This document shows, in pieces, positions 62,363 through 64,000 of a stretch of 64,000 nt of DNA. Numbering within the stretch: position 1 is the first letter of the stretch; every line of letters begins with the position of its first letter. Under the pieces are notes generated by a model that saw nothing but the letters and a program-made list of their open reading frames with translations, was not told where the DNA came from and searched no databases. The DNA comes from Bispira polyomma (lineage: Eukaryota): positions 310,001 through 374,000 of the forward strand of contig OZ287749.1 in the NCBI GenBank assembly GCA_965649765.1, in the 5' to 3' direction. Made by a program: the position numbers and the translations under genes.

Positions 62363-64000
62363 GTGGTGGGAGACAAGTTGATGCCTGTGTACCAATCGAC
62401 GCTTTCCTATATAAAACACTTGGTATCTCTTTGTAACATTACTCTAAGCAGACTTTAAAGTAATAGAAGCATACAAACATAAGAATAGATTTAACATGAG
62501 AATTGTTAAAACTATATTTGCAATACTTTAAATAGGTGGGCATCAATTGGTACACGTGTGATAATTGGTCTGCCACTAGTATATGTATATATATAAATAT
62601 ATTTAACACATTTTTATATGCCAACAGTTAGACAAAAGCATAATGCCCACTCATAAAAGAACAGTATTATGGTTCCCGTGTACTGTACAATTATGTTGCT
62701 TTAACAACACATCTGCAGATGCCAGTAGCTGTACAAAAGCCACAGGTTATAACTCACTAAAGAGTTAAGAAAATAATGTTACTTAAAACTCAACAAACTA
62801 ACAACAAACATTACAACAATAAATGGAAGAGAAAATGTTGAAACAACTTAGAAACAACTAAACAACTGAAGAACAAGCAAAAACAAGAAGCTTCAAAAAC
62901 AAAAGAAATCAAAGACATGAGTGAACTGCATCCTAACATAATTCAAGTCTCTGTACTTTATAAGTTGCAGTTGATGCCTTAATTGTAGATTCATCTTGAT
63001 CTGCTATCCATGACACATTATGTGTCAATGGTTTCCTGAATCGAAATCAAAAAGCTTTTTAAGAAGGGTACTCCATACCTTTATCTAAAATAAATCACCA
63101 GGCCAGAACCAAAGAAATCAATTCCGTTCAGAAGCATACTGACGGCCAAAAAGGACAGTATTATGACTCCCGTGTATTGTATATTTGGCAGTATGTTTGT
63201 AAATACCAACAGTTAGACAAAAGCATAATGCCCACTCAAACATGACACTATGATGGCTCCCATGTACTGTAGTGGTGGGAGACCAGTTAATGCACAACCT
63301 AATTCAAAAATTGGACATCTCTTTAAATGAATAAAGTATTTCAAATACCAATTTTAGTACTGCAAACATAATGAGGATACACAATATACTGATCTGCCAC
63401 CACTAGATAAAAGCAGAACAATCACTTCAAATGACTCCTCATACAAGTGTACTTCTCCATCTTCAGAGCTGCTGTGGTTTGGACATCTGATTGCGAGTTG
63501 GTTGCAGGCTGCAAGTGGTGCTACAGACGGACCCAGCAATAACATAATGTCCCCCTCTGAATAAAAACAGGGCACCCCACACCCCACAAATAACATTATA
63601 GTTCACACGTATTGTATACTGCCTCGCCACTGGTCCACCAGTGAATTTCGCTAGCCAGTTAATTTCGCCAGTTGACATTTTTATAATATACTGCTTGTTT
63701 AGCGATTATGGTCAAAGCAAAAATTATGGACACTCCTAATTTTAAAACATTATTTTAATAATTCTAAGACAGTATTCCCTGTTTATCAGTTGCAGCTCAA
63801 AGCAGATAACTATTTTAATTACCATTAATATTCAAGATGACCATAATGGGTGGACATTACAACATTTTGTATTAATTAAATACCATAAAATCTTTTTGAT
63901 AAAGTGATTTATGATGCCGAAATTCATTGGCTGACCAGTAGATATTTTCGTCATCGGGAAATTAAACATATTTTTAATCAAAAGCAGAGACGTGGAATTT

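Noticed and set aside
63354-63678. Possible exon of a neighbouring minus-strand gene
   Set aside because: No recognisable motif or confident splice structure within the window

Overview
AT-rich, intron-containing animal genomic DNA, probably a marine invertebrate such as a mollusc or annelid (inferred from TTAGGG-type repeats, tRNA-derived SINEs and repeat content). It has five parts. (1) 1-10.7 kb: two head-to-tail, decayed Neptune-like Penelope retroelements (RT + C-terminal GIY-YIG). Their ORF1 reads N-terminal helical domain - NADAR (YbiA-like) - SGNH hydrolase and joins ORF2 through a -1 slippery site. A TATA/Inr plus minimal hammerhead lies upstream of copy B, and degenerate (TAACCC)n at its 3' end runs into a 147-bp satellite. 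(2) 12-31 kb: decayed spliced genes (C2H2-tyrosine recombinase, a DUF6729-type putative DDE transposase, and two divergent winged-helix paralogues, one fused to a SET domain), interrupted by an I-clade LINE with a nested L2 fragment, a solo LTR, MITEs and SINEs. (3) 35.6-39.1 kb: a negative-strand RNA virus nucleoprotein-like gene sandwiched between pieces of a Gypsy element. (4) 39-46.4 kb: an array of mostly ORF1-only Penelope fragments with further NADAR copies and a hammerhead. (5) 50.8-60.3 kb: an 8-exon receptor guanylyl cyclase gene whose ectodomain is a PstS-type phosphate-binding protein, with several tandemly duplicated splice junctions and two apparent lesions. The most novel candidates are the NADAR-carrying Penelope family and the PstS-receptor guanylyl cyclase. 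All family calls come from motifs recognised by eye; no searches were run.
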